From positions 372,001 to 436,000 of the forward strand of contig CATNEN010000029.1 of NCBI GenBank assembly GCA_950097015.1: a stretch of DNA of 64,000 nucleotides, read 5' to 3'. The position numbers and the translations under genes were made by a program. Position 1 is the stretch's first letter. Each line of letters begins with the position of its first letter. Origin of the DNA: Macrostomum hystrix. Its lineage: Eukaryota; Animalia; Platyhelminthes. Shown one piece after another: positions 60,841 to 64,000 of the stretch. The notes beneath the pieces are model-generated. The model did no database searches. It worked only from the letters and a program-made list of their open reading frames with translations, and had not been told where the DNA came from.

Positions 60841-62440
60841 TTCAAAGAGCTCGAAAACGGAGAAACGGAGAAAACAGAAGGGGATTTCTGGTATCCATCG
60901 TATCGGACAGGAGGAACGTGAAGTTACTCAGGAACAGCCTTAAAGTGCGCCTCATCGGCCTCAGTCGGAACTCGAGCGTCTTTAGTGAAGTCTCTAAGTG
61001 TCAATTTATATTACCGAATGACATGAAAATACATGTACATCTTACTCTAAGTGTGAGCAACTCTAGTACTTGTTATATGATTAATATATGCTATAATAAG
61101 CTTGCCCATCGATCATGACGAGAAGTGAAATCAATGAGACATTGCAACAAGAGCCAATCAAGTATAGATGCAACATTCAACTTGGTTACAGCTTTTCGGA
61201 CAGGCAATTTTATGGCGGCATTGATTGCGTGCAGCAACTGTCTTAGCCTTTCGATGCGAAAATTATATAGAATGTGAACAAAGAGTGAGAGAACAATAGA
61301 CATGAGTGAAAAGCAAATAGAAAAAAGCAGACAGATTGCAGAGTGCCAACTGTCTTCACATACTCTATACATAAAAATATGCGCTTATCAATATAGACGC
61401 CACATGAAAATTAAAAATCGGATTGATTGCAACATTTAAAGGATTCAAGAAATCGATTAGTAACAATTAGCGCAGTAAAAGCTGCTTGTGCAGCAGTGAT
61501 AATTTTTTTACAGCGAGCTATAACATCAGTTAGTTATACCTGTATGTGTAAAATATTCTGCAACAAAACTATAATGAGATCTCAGATATATTTCTGAAAG
61601 GATGCGTCCTGATAAAGTGATCTAATCGATTCGTTTAGTATCTGCAATCGTTTCTCAAAGTGAACAAAAAATTACACAAACGCACTCTATTTTAGTATGA
61701 CAAAATTGTGTTGATATGAGATGCGACCAATGGTACAGTTTCACTTTCATCATCAACCTGAAGTTTGTTGGACACTGTCTTCCACGTGCTTCAAGAGTTC
61801 AAGCCGCTACTACTGTATTGGAACACCGTCGAATGACAGACCTGGACCGAGTGCAGCTTCGGTTTAAATAAACTTAATGAGGCTATCTAAGCCTGTGGTG
61901 CGATCAATAATTCCGGATTTTTAACAAATTACCACTGATATTTCACGACAGCAAAGTGAGATGCAAGTGAGATAAAAGTGTACAGTAAATGTTTCGGGCA
62001 GGTCACTGACAACAGGAAAAGTTGATTGGTTAGTAATAAATAAAGCAATTTGCGAGTCAGTTGGAATGGGATAGTTTAGGAGCGACAAAAGCCACAAATA
62101 GGACAGTTGGGCGAGCGAATTCAGTAGCTCTAGGATAGCATCCGAGCCGCCGAGGGACATGGGACACAAATCACCTGCACGACGGAATCGGACAATACTG
62201 GACAAGCGACAAAGACTAGCTCAATGCGAGCCACAATTCTTACGTATAAATCAAATCCAAGAAAAAAGTTACTCTTCGGTTTTATAAACGGGGCAGAAAA
62301 GTCTTTTTTGCCCATAGAAAATGAGAGTATACTGGATGCTTTGCTGCTTCTCGCATTGTCATCCACCTCAACAGCGGCAAGGCAGATCGGGAGGTAGAGG
62401 CGGGGAGTTCTGTGGCGCACAGAGATGAACCTGCGTGCGG

Positions 62441-63924
62441 TCACGCTGTGATGGCCGTGGGTTTGAGTCCCACAGCAGTTGACGCCGCTCCTGCCGACTC
62501 ATGCGACGATTGGTCAGATGCTGGGACGCCAGCGCTCGTCGTTAAAGAGGACGGACTCTCTGGGTTGCAGTCTTTGTCTGACCCGGCGGCTCCCTGATCC
62601 GCCTCTAAAACTGCGGCTGCTGCTGCTGCGGCTGAGCTGCCACCACCGCTGCCACTGCCGGCAGCGCTTCCGCCGCAACTGCCGCCGCCATTGCTATTTG
62701 CCAAATGCGAAGACGACGATGAAGATGAAGAAGATGATGATGAAGAGGAGGAAGAGGAAGAAGAGGAACACGATGACGAGGATGACGAAGAGGAAGAGCA
62801 GGAAGATGATGATGTTGGCGGTGGGGGCGGCGGAGGCGGTGGAGGTGGTGGAGGTGGCGGCGGCGGCGGTGGAGGCGGTGTCAGCATGCCACTGTCCGAG
62901 GAGCCCAGCATCGACGAGGACCACCCGCTACTGGCGCTGGCGAAGCCGGAGGACTTGGAGCCGCTCAGCGGGGAGTCTGGGAGGCCGAGATAAGTTGCAT
63001 TGCGAGCCTCTTCAATCTTCAATATTAAAATTCATTCAATTTTCTTTTAGCTTACTGTGCTCAAACTGTCTACTTACCTGCCATGGAGTAAGGCGGCATC
63101 TGAACTGGCGTTCCCGGCTTTGAATCCGGGTGATTCAACAGGCTAGTGAATCTGCCCACAGGCATCTGCTGCTGATGTAGTTGAGGCGGCAGCTGCTGCA
63201 TCTGGTGCTGTGGCATCATGCCGCCTCCGCCGAATTCGTCCATTATCATCGACAGGCTGGGTGGCGGAGGCGCCATTATCGCCGAGGAGGATGATGACGA
63301 TGAAACAAACTGGTGATGAGGATGATGATGCATTGTAGGCGGCGGCGGGGGCATCTGGTGCTGCTGCTGGTGATGAAACTGGCCAGGATGATTTTGATTG
63401 AGAATTGGCGGCTGCAGCATCTGGGCTTGCATCATGTGCGGCGACGGTGGCGGCGGTGGCAGCGGCGGCTCCATGGACATGGACGCCGGGTGCCTGAGCG
63501 AGTGCGGCTGCGAATGGGACGAGGCCGCAGCGGCGTGGTGATCAAACTGGCGATTTTCTAGTCGGGTTATCAGTCTTTCGTCCTCCTCGCCGAAATCGCC
63601 GCCCATCAAGGTCGGCTCGCCGACAATCATCACATCCTGAAATGGTTTAGGTGCTCTAGGTTAATATTCTTGGTCTATTCTGCTTCCTTAGCCAATAAAG
63701 GCATTGCATGGCAAAATGAAATATGTCGAAACCAACCCCTGGCTGGGCGAAATTCGGTATCGCTGCAGGCGCCATTGCGGCCGCTGTCGCCTTCTTCTTG
63801 CTTTTGCTGCCGCCTCCGCCACCGCCGCCGCCTCCGCCCGCGCCAACTCCAGCCGTGTCGGCACTATTTGCGTTGTTGTTGTTGTTTTTGCGTTTTTTCC
63901 GCTTGCTGGGCTGCCGATTAGACT
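62441..63924 (-). CDS. LIM domain-binding protein (LDB1/2, Chip), last three coding exons; the gene continues beyond the window end
   Basis: Exons 63737-63924 (ESNRQPSKRKKRK, NLS), 63078-63636 (DVMIVGEPTLMGGDFGEEDERLITRLENRQFD, the LIM-interaction domain) and 62441-62976. Phases 1, 0 and 1 are consistent. Confidence 0.92.
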
Positions 63925-64000
63925 CTGAGATGAGAATCAGGGCGGGTTATAGAATCTTGACAGCACGCGGCCAGCGGCAGGAATGTGCATGAAAAGAAAT

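Noticed and set aside
62691-62993. Highly acidic poly-Asp/Glu/Gly ORF
   Set aside because: Antisense shadow of the poly-Ser/Pro exon of the LDB gene.

Overview
Eukaryotic (metazoan) genomic DNA, not prokaryotic. GC- and Ala-rich spliced exons sit in AT-rich spacers, and many introns are filled with 13-33 bp minisatellites. This style suggests a lophotrochozoan such as the flatworm Macrostomum, which is an inference only. I rebuilt nine protein-coding genes by hand from GT-AG sites and reading phase. On the minus strand: an RW/RF-amide neuropeptide precursor, a compact MAP1/Futsch-family gene, a small WBP1/VOPP1/Shisa-like Cys-rich membrane protein, CCDC89, AGBL4/CCP6, a WIP/verprolin-like gene and the 3' part of an LDB/Chip gene. 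On the plus strand: a Mondo/MLXIP bHLH-ZIP gene and an intronless p62/SQSTM1-like gene. Mobile elements include an internally deleted Helitron with both termini and a nested hAT-type MITE, a tRNA-derived CORE-type SINE with target-site duplication (TSD) plus a deleted sister copy, two RTE-like reverse transcriptase relics and about 20 minisatellite arrays. Most long ORFs in the supplied track are translations of repeats or antisense shadows. The best leads are the neuropeptide precursor, the Mondo protein with a degenerate basic region, the p62 with no recognisable LIR, a retrotransposon TSD that seeded a minisatellite, and a spliced uORF ahead of AGBL4. All gene models are unverified by transcript data, and homology calls come from remembered family motifs rather than database searches.
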